DNA from: Dehalococcoidia bacterium | GTDB lineage: Bacteria > Chloroflexota > Dehalococcoidia > UBA2979 | NCBI GenBank assembly: GCA_034420575.1 | Contig: DAOULE010000116.1 | Coordinates: 1-39,061 of the forward strand | Direction: 5' to 3' | DNA: 39,061 nt | In this document: one piece after another, positions 17,573-25,323 of the stretch | Position numbering within the stretch: the first letter of the stretch is position 1 | How the letters are laid out: the number at the start of each line of letters is the position of its first letter | Translations under genes and position numbers: made by a program | Notes under the pieces: generated by a model | Databases searched by the model: none | Seen by the model: the letters and a program-made list of their open reading frames with translations, nothing else | What the model was told of the DNA's origin: nothing

Positions 17573-19291
17573 TCAACTCACGGCGGACGTCCGAGGATCG
17601 ATCTCTCGCTCGCTCGCACGTATATGCTCCGTGATGGTTCGCAGGTCCAGTGCACCGAGGTCCCACCCTTCTCGGAATCCCCGTCGGAGCATCTCGAGGT
17701 AGAGGTGGCTGGGCGTGACGCCCGGTTCCATCAGGAGTTCGTCGACGGCCGCGGAGATTTCAGAGTCGCGCGGTACTACATGGTGCGTACGGGCTTCACC
17801 TGGCTTCATCGTGAGCACGAGATCGAGTGTTGCGACATTCTCGAACCCCGAGGCTAGGCCCTTTACTGACCGCTGCCCCTTGTCGAGCACGGCCGTGTGT
17901 TCCGGAACGACTTGAAGGCCAGCGTCGCGGATCGCCCGTTGCACGAGCTGCCACATGGCACCAGCGCTATTGCCAAAGATCATCGAGATGCAGCCTGCAT
18001 CCTTCAGCACCCTCTTGCACTCCGCGAGTGCCTCAGTCAGGAGTTGCTCGTAGCGGGCGGCCGATCGGTGCGAGTCGGTCTGGACGCGATCGACCACGGC
18101 CTCTGCAGCAGGGTCCGTCGTAGAGCCGAGCCATGCTTCGTGAAAGAGGTTCATGTCCGAGTAGAAGATGTTCGATCCGAACGGGGGGTCGGTGAAGATG
18201 TAGTCGACCGAGTTGTCAGGCAGCGGCAGTTCCGCAGCGCTGGCGAGGTCGTACGTCACATCGCCGGCGCTGCCGTTCCGGAATAGCGGACCGCCCTCCC
18301 GGTGGGCCCGAATCCAGTCATCGGACCGAATGACTGCCTCCACCTTGCGGGAGAACAGGTCGAGCACGTTCCACTCATAGAACACCGGGGCCACGTAGTA
18401 GTTCGCGTTGGCGGCGTTGAGAGGCCGCTTCCTGGACCACTGGTAGCGCTTGCTGGCCCTCGTGAGGATCGCTGTGAACGCGAAGAGCAGCTTCTGCCTG
18501 ATGGCCTCATCCGTGGTCTCGTCGATCGCGGACTTGAGAGCCCCAAGGACCAACAGATTGCGTCGAGAGAAGAATCGTGCGGTCGAAGTCAGCCCGTGGC
18601 GACCGAGCGCCGATGCGATGAACATCTGCCGCGCCTTGTCGATCTCGAGATCAGGCCAATCGATATCGGTCGCAGAGAGACCCACGGTCGGCTCGGACCA
18701 AGCCTGCTCCAGTTGCTTGTCGCTGCATGAGCATCTGATCCAGTCAACCACGGGTTCTTCGTTGAGCTTCCGAGATCTGCTCGTCACCAGCCCTTTGCAG
18801 TCCGGGCATCTCATCTCGCGCTTGTCCCACTCGGCGGATTCGAGCGAGCGGTAGAAGTTGACGGAGCGCCTGCAGGTGGCGCATTGGACCGTCGAACTCC
18901 ACACGGTCTTCGCAAGCTCGCCGGTAGACCCGCACGCGCCGCACTCGACCGCGTAGACATTGCCCAGGCGGTCATGAGTGGAGCGGACGACGCTGGCGGC
19001 TGCTTCCCGAAGCTGGTCAGGTTCGACCAGATTCACGTAGTTCGCCCCGATGTGCCTGCCCAGAACCGAGACATCGAAGAGTCTCGCGTTCCGTCCAAGC
19101 AGTGTCGCGGCGACGCCTGTCATCCCGGATCCGGCGAAAGGATCGGCGACGGTGTCACCCGGCGAGGAGAAGGCCTCAATGAAGGGTAGAATCGCCGGGA
19201 GCGGCACCTTCGTGAGGTAGGCGTGCGCCATGTATACGGGGTCGCTACGCTTCGCCTTGATGGTTTCTGGAAGCAGCCTCGGGTCACCCAT
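17573..19291 (-). CDS. Amino (N6-adenine or N4-cytosine) DNA methyltransferase with Zn-ribbon-containing insert
   Basis: Motif I region HAYLTKVPLP...GDTVADPFAGSGMTGVAA lies at the N-terminus. Motif IV DYIFTDPPFGSNIFY lies about 300 aa later. Between them are Cys pairs (CGACGS...CATCRRS and CPDCKG). Confidence 0.85.
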   Translation of the reverse strand: MGDPRLLPETIKAKRSDPVYMAHAYLTKVPLPAILPFIEAFSSPGDTVADPFAGSGMTGVAATLLGRNARLFDVSVLGRHIGANYVNLVEPDQLREAAASVVRSTHDRLGNVYAVECGACGSTGELAKTVWSSTVQCATCRRSVNFYRSLESAEWDKREMRCPDCKGLVTSRSRKLNEEPVVDWIRCSCSDKQLEQAWSEPTVGLSATDIDWPDLEIDKARQMFIASALGRHGLTSTARFFSRRNLLVLGALKSAIDETTDEAIRQKLLFAFTAILTRASKRYQWSRKRPLNAANANYYVAPVFYEWNVLDLFSRKVEAVIRSDDWIRAHREGGPLFRNGSAGDVTYDLASAAELPLPDNSVDYIFTDPPFGSNIFYSDMNLFHEAWLGSTTDPAAEAVVDRVQTDSHRSAARYEQLLTEALAECKRVLKDAGCISMIFGNSAGAMWQLVQRAIRDAGLQVVPEHTAVLDKGQRSVKGLASGFENVATLDLVLTMKPGEARTHHVVPRDSEISAAVDELLMEPGVTPSHLYLEMLRRGFREGWDLGALDLRTITEHIRASEREIDPRTSAVS

Positions 19292-19319
19292 GATGGCATC
19301 TTACCAGTTGACTCATCGT

Positions 19320-19340
19320 CTGTAGACTCGAAGTCTACAG
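19320..19340. promoter_or_regulatory. 21-bp perfect palindrome (C-box-like operator) in a divergent promoter region
   Basis: ctgtagact-cga-agtctacag, containing GACT-N3-AGTC. It lies in the 67-bp gap between the MTase start (19291) and the XRE gene start (19359). Confidence 0.65.
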
Positions 19341-19358
19341 GATTCCTACCGTTGTCGC

Positions 19359-19601
19359 GTGATGACGGCACCACGCTCGGCGACAGCAACGCAAGGGCGT
19401 GCCGCCTTCGGACGTCGCGTGCGCTCGCTCCGCGAAGCTGCGGGACTCTCCCAGGAAGCCCTTGCGGAGCAGTCAGGTCTGCACCGGACGTACATCAGCA
19501 GCCTGGAGCGTGGCCGCCGTAATGTCGGACTCGACAACATCCTCCGGCTTGCGGCGGCGCTTGGTGTTGAACCCGGCGAGTTGCTGGAGTCCTGGTCCTA
19601 A
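19359..19601 (+). CDS. XRE-family HTH protein resembling an R-M controller (C) protein
   Basis: 80 aa. HTH LSQEALAEQSGLHRTYISSLERGRRNVGLDNILRLAAALGV resembles C-proteins. The stop TAA overlaps the ATG of the next gene by 1 nt. Confidence 0.8.
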   Translation: MMTAPRSATATQGRAAFGRRVRSLREAAGLSQEALAEQSGLHRTYISSLERGRRNVGLDNILRLAAALGVEPGELLESWS

Positions 19602-21091
19602 TGGGATTCAAGGAGGACGCTGACTTCGCGCGCTTCCTCTCGATGGGCGCGATCGGCACTGCCGCGGTCGCTGAGCATCTCGGTTCCGACCTTGGGCACG
19701 CACCGGTTGAGCTTGAACGCTACGCGATGGCGAACAAGGTCTGGCAAACGAAGGTCAAGCGGTTTCGGCTGCCGGACCTCGTCTGCACTCGCTGTGGTGT
19801 CCGCGTCGAGTCACGCGCGAAGTCGGCTCTGTCCCTGGTCCTGTCTCACTCTGACACTCCGGGACGCGAGTGGGACGGTGGCGGCATGCGGGATCACGAC
19901 CTCTTCGCGTTCATCCGGGTCGAACTCGGTTCGTCGGATCCGCGCGTAGGGGTGCCGGCCTACTTCGAGACCTTCGCCCTGCGCCAAACCGTCGAGCTTG
20001 CACGGCGCAGCGCACCGAAGGCGGCATCGGAAGGCTCTGAGGTGACCTTGAAGTGGCCCAGCTGGGTACCAGGGCGCAGTGGCCGAGTGACGGGAATCGA
20101 CACGGATGGTCGTGTCGTCTGTCAGTGGGACAACGGCCGTACGTACCGGTACGGGCAATGGAGGAAGTGGGGAGGGGATGGAAACCTGTACGTCACCGTG
20201 GGGGACCACTTCACTGGTGGAGGAACCTTCGTCGCTGGTGTTGTCGAGGAGCCTTCAACCCTGTCGTGCCCTGGGGAGACGTGGGATCTTGCTGCCTCAC
20301 TCCAGACTCTTGACGAGACGGAGCGCTACGCGGCGGTCAAGGTAGCCGGCCTGCTGGGCCGGAACGAACTGGCGGCCCTTATCGCCGCGCTTGCCCGGAG
20401 TGACGATTGGCGGCTGCGTCTCGAGGCATACGGCAGCCTTGCCCGACTGGAGCATGATCCCTGGACCGACCGGATTGCCGAGGTCGCTGCGGACGAAGAG
20501 GTCGAGCCTGAGCAGAGGATGGAGGCAGTGTTCCTGCTCAGCGAGATTCCTAATCCCGCGGCGACGACAGCACTGGGCGCGATCGCAAGGAACCATGGCC
20601 TTGGCAGCGAGGTACGCGCAGCGGCAGCGTGGGGCCTTGGGCAAGGCGCAGCGCCAAGAGTGGAATTGCTCCTCCCGCTCGTGTCGGATGACGACCCGCT
20701 CGTCGCGCTCCACGCGATCACGGCTATCGAGCAGATCACGGACGGTCAAGCGTCGAAACTAGTGGCGTTGCTCGGCGCCGAGCCCAGGGTTGCCACGGGT
20801 GCCGCAAGAGTCCTTCAGAGGCTGGGCCGCGTTGAGGAACTCCTGGATGCCTTCGAGACGGGCGGCACTCAGCGCCTGTGGGCATTGAGGGCATTGGGCG
20901 ATCTGCCGCCCGATGAGGTTCGGGCGCGCGCTGGTTCGCGCCTCACAGACGAACTCGTGGAGTTGCTTGCGCCGCTCTGGGCGGGGCAGAACGATTGGCT
21001 GCGGTCCGAGGACGGGAAGGCCGGGCTAGACTCGCTCGACGTCCAGAAGGTTCGGGCGAACCCGAGCGTCCCTTGGACCTCGAGCCGGTGA
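19601..21091 (+). CDS. 496-aa protein: PD-(D/E)xK-like N-terminal domain, beta-rich middle, HEAT/ARM-like repeat C-terminus (candidate effector or restriction nuclease)
   Basis: N-terminus has ELERY...RLPDLVCTRCGVRVESRAK (D59, E70-x-R/K). The C-terminal half has repeated helical units: ERYAAVKVAGLLG, WRLRLEAYGSLARL, EVRAAAAWGLGQG, PLVALHAITAI, RLWALRALGDL. Coupled to the upstream C-like gene. Confidence 0.7.
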   Translation: MGFKEDADFARFLSMGAIGTAAVAEHLGSDLGHAPVELERYAMANKVWQTKVKRFRLPDLVCTRCGVRVESRAKSALSLVLSHSDTPGREWDGGGMRDHDLFAFIRVELGSSDPRVGVPAYFETFALRQTVELARRSAPKAASEGSEVTLKWPSWVPGRSGRVTGIDTDGRVVCQWDNGRTYRYGQWRKWGGDGNLYVTVGDHFTGGGTFVAGVVEEPSTLSCPGETWDLAASLQTLDETERYAAVKVAGLLGRNELAALIAALARSDDWRLRLEAYGSLARLEHDPWTDRIAEVAADEEVEPEQRMEAVFLLSEIPNPAATTALGAIARNHGLGSEVRAAAAWGLGQGAAPRVELLLPLVSDDDPLVALHAITAIEQITDGQASKLVALLGAEPRVATGAARVLQRLGRVEELLDAFETGGTQRLWALRALGDLPPDEVRARAGSRLTDELVELLAPLWAGQNDWLRSEDGKAGLDSLDVQKVRANPSVPWTSSR

Positions 21092-21418
21092 GACGATTCA
21101 CCTCGCTGATGCCGCAAGCGAGTCTGGGCGCGTCGTCATCGAGGCCACGGCTACAGGCTGAACAACACCTCAAAGGTGGGTACCGCCTACCGTCGAGTTG
21201 GCCCCGCTGACAGCGAGACCGCCCACCTGAAAGTTCGCAGTACAGTCAGCGTGGGCCCACCAGCACGTACCCCACTCATGACTCGGCCGAGAGGGCCACG
21301 TCCGGCCGCGTCTCCGCCTCCGATGGGCTGCTCGCGCCTCGTCGGCGGCGATCTCCAGCCGCTGCTGAGGTGCGCGGAAGCGGCATAGCCCCGGACGCGG
21401 GCGCAGGCTCCGCCAGCA

Positions 21419-22567
21419 TCAATAGATGCCGGGGACGATGCGGTACGGCACCTTCTCCTGGTACTCGGCCCACTTCTCCTGGCCGTACTTCTCGGCGCAG
21501 GCCGCGTCGTCCGCGCGCTGGCGCGAGGTGAACAACCAGAGCGCGAAGACCAGGTACGCCCACGACCAGGCGACGGTGAAATGTCCGAAGGAGAGGCCCA
21601 CCGCCACGGCGAAGAGGAGCTCGCCCATGTAGTTGAAGTGGCGGGCGACGCCCCAGAAACCGCTGGTGAGGATCTTGCGGTCGCCGGCCTGGATGTAGCG
21701 CGGCTCGATGATCCCGAGGAACTTGCGTTCGGGCCAGCGCTTGAAGGTGTACTTCTGGATGTTGGCGCCCCGGGCTATGCCCCATCCGACCAGGAACAGG
21801 GCGGGCGTGCCGATGATCCAGACGTAGGTCCAGGCGGTCGAGAAGCCGGGGTCGGGGTAGGCGGCCATGCCGTACAGGGGAAGGATGTAGAGCCAGCCGT
21901 AGGCGATGTTGTCGCCCCAGAACATCTTGAAGCCCATCCGCTCGTGGATGAGGTCGTAGGTGTAGAGCCGGACGCGCTCGAAGATGTGGTCGTCGAACAC
22001 GTAGAAGGTGAAGATGGCGGCGTAGACGAAGACGCCGGGGTTGACTTCGTTGGTGGGGCTGAACTGCTCGTAGTGCCAGGCCGCGCCCGACATGGCATTG
22101 ATGCCGAGCATCGTGCTGCCCACGACGTAGAACGTCATCTTGAGGTCGAGGCGGTCGTTGAAGAAGCGGATCTCCTGGACGCGGCCGAAGTAGAAGTCGA
22201 CAAAGGGGTTGCGGTCCCTGGTCTTCGGCTGGGTGTAGACGGCGATGGCCGTGAAGAGCACTGCGAAGCCGGTGCCGCCCGCGACTGCGTAGAGCGAAGT
22301 GCGGTAGAACCACTCGCGCTCCAGCCCGGGGATGACCTCGAAGCCCCAGACGAGGTTGGCGATGACGAAGACGAGGAGGCCGTTGAGCCGGTACCTGCGG
22401 GGCTTGCCGGTCCTCTCGTCGGTAGCGTATCCGAGGACCCACCTGCCGGGCAGGAGCACCGTCAGGATCGAGAGGGCAATGAAGATCACGAGGGGCGTGA
22501 AGAGGGCGGCGACCTTATCTGCCGTGGAAAGCTCGAACAGGTGCGCAATCCCAAGCCACTCGACCAT
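21419..22567 (-). CDS. ERG4/ERG24 (sterol C14/C24/7-DHC reductase) family membrane protein
   Basis: Polytopic membrane protein with the family signature LTSGFWGVARHFNYMGELL near the C-terminus. Confidence 0.8.
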   Translation of the reverse strand: MVEWLGIAHLFELSTADKVAALFTPLVIFIALSILTVLLPGRWVLGYATDERTGKPRRYRLNGLLVFVIANLVWGFEVIPGLEREWFYRTSLYAVAGGTGFAVLFTAIAVYTQPKTRDRNPFVDFYFGRVQEIRFFNDRLDLKMTFYVVGSTMLGINAMSGAAWHYEQFSPTNEVNPGVFVYAAIFTFYVFDDHIFERVRLYTYDLIHERMGFKMFWGDNIAYGWLYILPLYGMAAYPDPGFSTAWTYVWIIGTPALFLVGWGIARGANIQKYTFKRWPERKFLGIIEPRYIQAGDRKILTSGFWGVARHFNYMGELLFAVAVGLSFGHFTVAWSWAYLVFALWLFTSRQRADDAACAEKYGQEKWAEYQEKVPYRIVPGIY

Positions 22568-23096
22568 AGCTGGACCTCCTTCCCCTGGTGCCGCCGGGCC
22601 CTCGCGCTCAGGGGCCTACCAACGATTCCAGTGTATGGAACCGGCGTGGGCCGCGGTGTCTGCAGCGACGAGCAGTTCCTCCCCAAGACCGACCTCGGAT
22701 TCCACTACCGCAGCGGCCCCTGTGACGCGATGTGACGCTCGCGCGCGAGCGACCGCCGCCCCGCATCGTCCACGTCAATCACGCTGACGGGTGACGCGGG
22801 GCGGGCCACCCGACATATTCCTGCGACATTTCCTCCTTAGCCTGAGCGACATCACAGGAGAAGGAGGACCTGATGATGTTCGAGAACACGACCGCGATTC
22901 CGCTCCGGGTCGGGCCAGGCCTGGCCGCCACGCGAGTCCCGGGCCGGGCCCGGCTCGGGCGCCGAGGAGAGCGGAGGTGGTTACCCGTAGCGGTCCTCAC
23001 AGGGTAGTACCCTGACTATCGGACCCGGCCGCAGCAAGACGCGGCGCCTCCCCCCGGGCGCCGCGTCCATCACCCCCTCCCACCGAGGACTCCCTG

Positions 23097-23774
23097 ATGG
23101 ACGACACCGTACTGATCATCGAGGACGACCGGCGGATCGCCCACTGGGTCAGCGTGTACTTCGAGCGCGCCGGATTCTCCACCGAGGTAGCGCACGACGG
23201 CGAAGCTGGCCTCGATGCCGCCCGCGAGCTGGCGCCAGACCTCGTCATCCTCGATCTGACGCTCCCCCGCCTTGACGGGGTCGAGCTGTGCCGCATCCTG
23301 CGTCGGGAGTCGGACGTGCCGATCATCATGCTGACGGCGCGGGAGGCTCCCCCGGAGCGCGTCACCGGGCTGGAGAGCGGGGCGGACGACTACATCATCA
23401 AGCCCTTCGACCCCGACGAGGTGATCGCGCGCGCCGAGGCGGTGCTGCGTCGCAGCAGGGGCAGGGTCCAGCAGGTGCTCACCCGCGACCACATCACCCT
23501 CAACGAGACCACCGGGACCGTGACCGTCGATGGCGAACACGTCGCGCTGAGCCAGGCCCAGATGGCGCTGCTGGCGACGTTCATGCGCCACCCCAACCAG
23601 GTGCTGGCGCGCGACCAGCTCATCGCGCTGACCTTCAACGACGACTTCGAGGGGTTCGACCGCGCGATCGACAATCACGTGGCCCGGCTGCGGAAGCAGA
23701 TCGACCGCGACGGCAGGCAGCCCATCCAGACCGTCTACGGCGCCGGTTACCGCTTCGTGGTGGAAGACAGCTGA
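23097..23774 (+). CDS. OmpR-family response regulator
   Basis: Receiver VLIIEDDRRI...LVILDLTLPRLDG...KPFDP. wHTH LSQAQMALLATFMRHPNQVL...VYGAGYRF. Confidence 0.9.
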   Translation: MDDTVLIIEDDRRIAHWVSVYFERAGFSTEVAHDGEAGLDAARELAPDLVILDLTLPRLDGVELCRILRRESDVPIIMLTAREAPPERVTGLESGADDYIIKPFDPDEVIARAEAVLRRSRGRVQQVLTRDHITLNETTGTVTVDGEHVALSQAQMALLATFMRHPNQVLARDQLIALTFNDDFEGFDRAIDNHVARLRKQIDRDGRQPIQTVYGAGYRFVVEDS

Positions 23775-25198
23775 TGTCGCTGCGCTGGCGGATCATGGCC
23801 CTGACCGTCCTCGTGGTCGTCCTCACCGTGCTGATCAGCGTGAGCGTCGGCTACTACGCGACGCAGGCGCGGCTGGGCGCGTTCGTCAGCGAGATCGGTG
23901 GCGGCGAGGCCACCCAGCTGGCGGGGAGGCTGAGCCAGGAGTACACGGCCGGCGGCGGCTGGGATGCGGCGGACGAGGTGCTCGCGGAGGCCGGATACGG
24001 CTACCTCGCCTCGCCCGGGCAGCAGGGCCTGGGCGAGGACGAAGAGACCCACATCGAGGCCTCGCACCGGGACCCCGTGCGCGTCGTCATCGTCGGCGCC
24101 GACGGGCGCGTCGTGACGGACAACTTCGGCCGCCTCGCACCCGGAACCCTCGCCCCGGAGCTCGAGGGCCACCGCGAGACGATCTCCAACCTCGCCACGA
24201 ACCAGCCGGCCGGCGACGTGTACGTCGACGTGGAGCGGGAGCTCCTGTCGAGCGAGTCGCACGGGTTCCTCACCACGCTCCTCTCCATCACCCTCATCGG
24301 CGGCGTGCTGACGGTGGGTGTCGCCATCCTGCTGGGCTGGTGGGTGTCGAGGCGGATCACGGCGCCGGTGACGGCGCTGACCGATGCCACGCAGGCGATC
24401 GCGCAGGGCGAGCAGGTCCGGCTCCCGGTCACCTCCTCGGACGAACTGGGGCGGATGAGCGAGGCGTTCAACCGCATGATCTCAGCCCTCGCGACGCAGC
24501 GAGAGCTGCGCAGGCGGCTGGTGAACGACGTCGCACACGAGCTGAACACGCCGCTGAGCGTCATCCAGCTGGAGGCGAGAGGGCTCGGCGACGGCCTGCA
24601 GACGCCGGAAGACGCGTCCAGCCAGATCATCCAGGAGGTGGACCGCCTCCGCGGCCTCGTCACCGACCTGAACTCGCTGGCCGAGACCGACCACGGGGAA
24701 CTCGCGCTTTCGCTGCAGCCCACCTCCGTCCACGAACTGCTCGCCTCGGAGGTCGAGCGCTGGCAGCGGCAGGCCCGGGTCCGAGGGGTGGAACTCTCCC
24801 TCGACGCCCCCGGCGAGATCCCGGACATGACGCTCGACGTGCTCAGGATGCGGCAGGCCGTGGGGAACTTGCTGGGCAACGCCATCGACGCCGTCGACGA
24901 GGGCGGAAGCGTCGTCCTCGGGGCGCGGCTGGACGGCGACGAGACCCTCGCCATCACGGTCGCCGACGACGGGACGGGCATCGACGCCGCCGACCTGCCC
25001 CACCTGTTCGACCGCTTCTACCGCACGGACCAGTCTCGCAGTCGCGGGATCGCCGGCACGGGCCTCGGCCTCGCCATCACCCGCGCGGTCGTCGAGGCCC
25101 ACGGGGGCACGGTCACCGTCGCAAGCGACGGGCCGGGCCAGGGCGCCACGGTGAGCGTCCGCCTGCCCGTGGCGAGGGAGCGCCCTTCGCCGCCCTGA
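23774..25198 (+). CDS. Membrane HAMP-domain sensor histidine kinase
   Basis: ATG overlaps the regulator's TGA. Two TM segments, HAMP, H-box VNDVAHELNTPLSVI, N-box GNLLGNAIDAV, G-boxes DDGTGI and GTGLGLAI. Confidence 0.9.
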   Translation: MSLRWRIMALTVLVVVLTVLISVSVGYYATQARLGAFVSEIGGGEATQLAGRLSQEYTAGGGWDAADEVLAEAGYGYLASPGQQGLGEDEETHIEASHRDPVRVVIVGADGRVVTDNFGRLAPGTLAPELEGHRETISNLATNQPAGDVYVDVERELLSSESHGFLTTLLSITLIGGVLTVGVAILLGWWVSRRITAPVTALTDATQAIAQGEQVRLPVTSSDELGRMSEAFNRMISALATQRELRRRLVNDVAHELNTPLSVIQLEARGLGDGLQTPEDASSQIIQEVDRLRGLVTDLNSLAETDHGELALSLQPTSVHELLASEVERWQRQARVRGVELSLDAPGEIPDMTLDVLRMRQAVGNLLGNAIDAVDEGGSVVLGARLDGDETLAITVADDGTGIDAADLPHLFDRFYRTDQSRSRGIAGTGLGLAITRAVVEAHGGTVTVASDGPGQGATVSVRLPVARERPSPP

Positions 25199-25323
25199 GC
25201 CGGGCGCGGGCGCCGGGTCGGGATGCCGGTGCGAGGCGGGCTCGCCTGTCGCCATACTGTGCCGTGCGGCATCCTTGGATCGCGCACGGCCCCGCACCGA
25301 GGGCCGCGCCACTGGGAGGCGAG

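Noticed and set aside
19341-19358. Possible second (OR-like) C-box half-site, gattcctacc, after the perfect palindrome
   Set aside because: It matches only part of GACT-N3-AGTC and cannot be distinguished from chance by eye. It is mentioned under the palindrome finding but not annotated.
21102-21122. Weak hairpin (ctcgct-N9-agcgag) just after the HEAT-repeat gene stop
   Set aside because: A 6-bp stem, a large loop and no U-tract are insufficient to call a terminator.
21092-21418. Island right-hand boundary, searched for a tRNA/tmRNA gene, att-like direct repeat or integrase remnant
   Set aside because: No cloverleaf-compatible sequence was seen, and no repeat of the left boundary (3899-3960) could be recognised by eye. 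The short ORFs here translate to low-complexity peptides.
22873-23007. 44-aa ORF (MMFENTTAIPLRVGPG...) preceded by a strong GGAGAAGGAGGA Shine-Dalgarno-like run, upstream of the OmpR/HK pair
   Set aside because: The purine-rich run is striking. However, the peptide is Arg-rich with no recognisable feature, and I cannot test conservation. It could equally be a 5' leader or chance. Not called as a gene.
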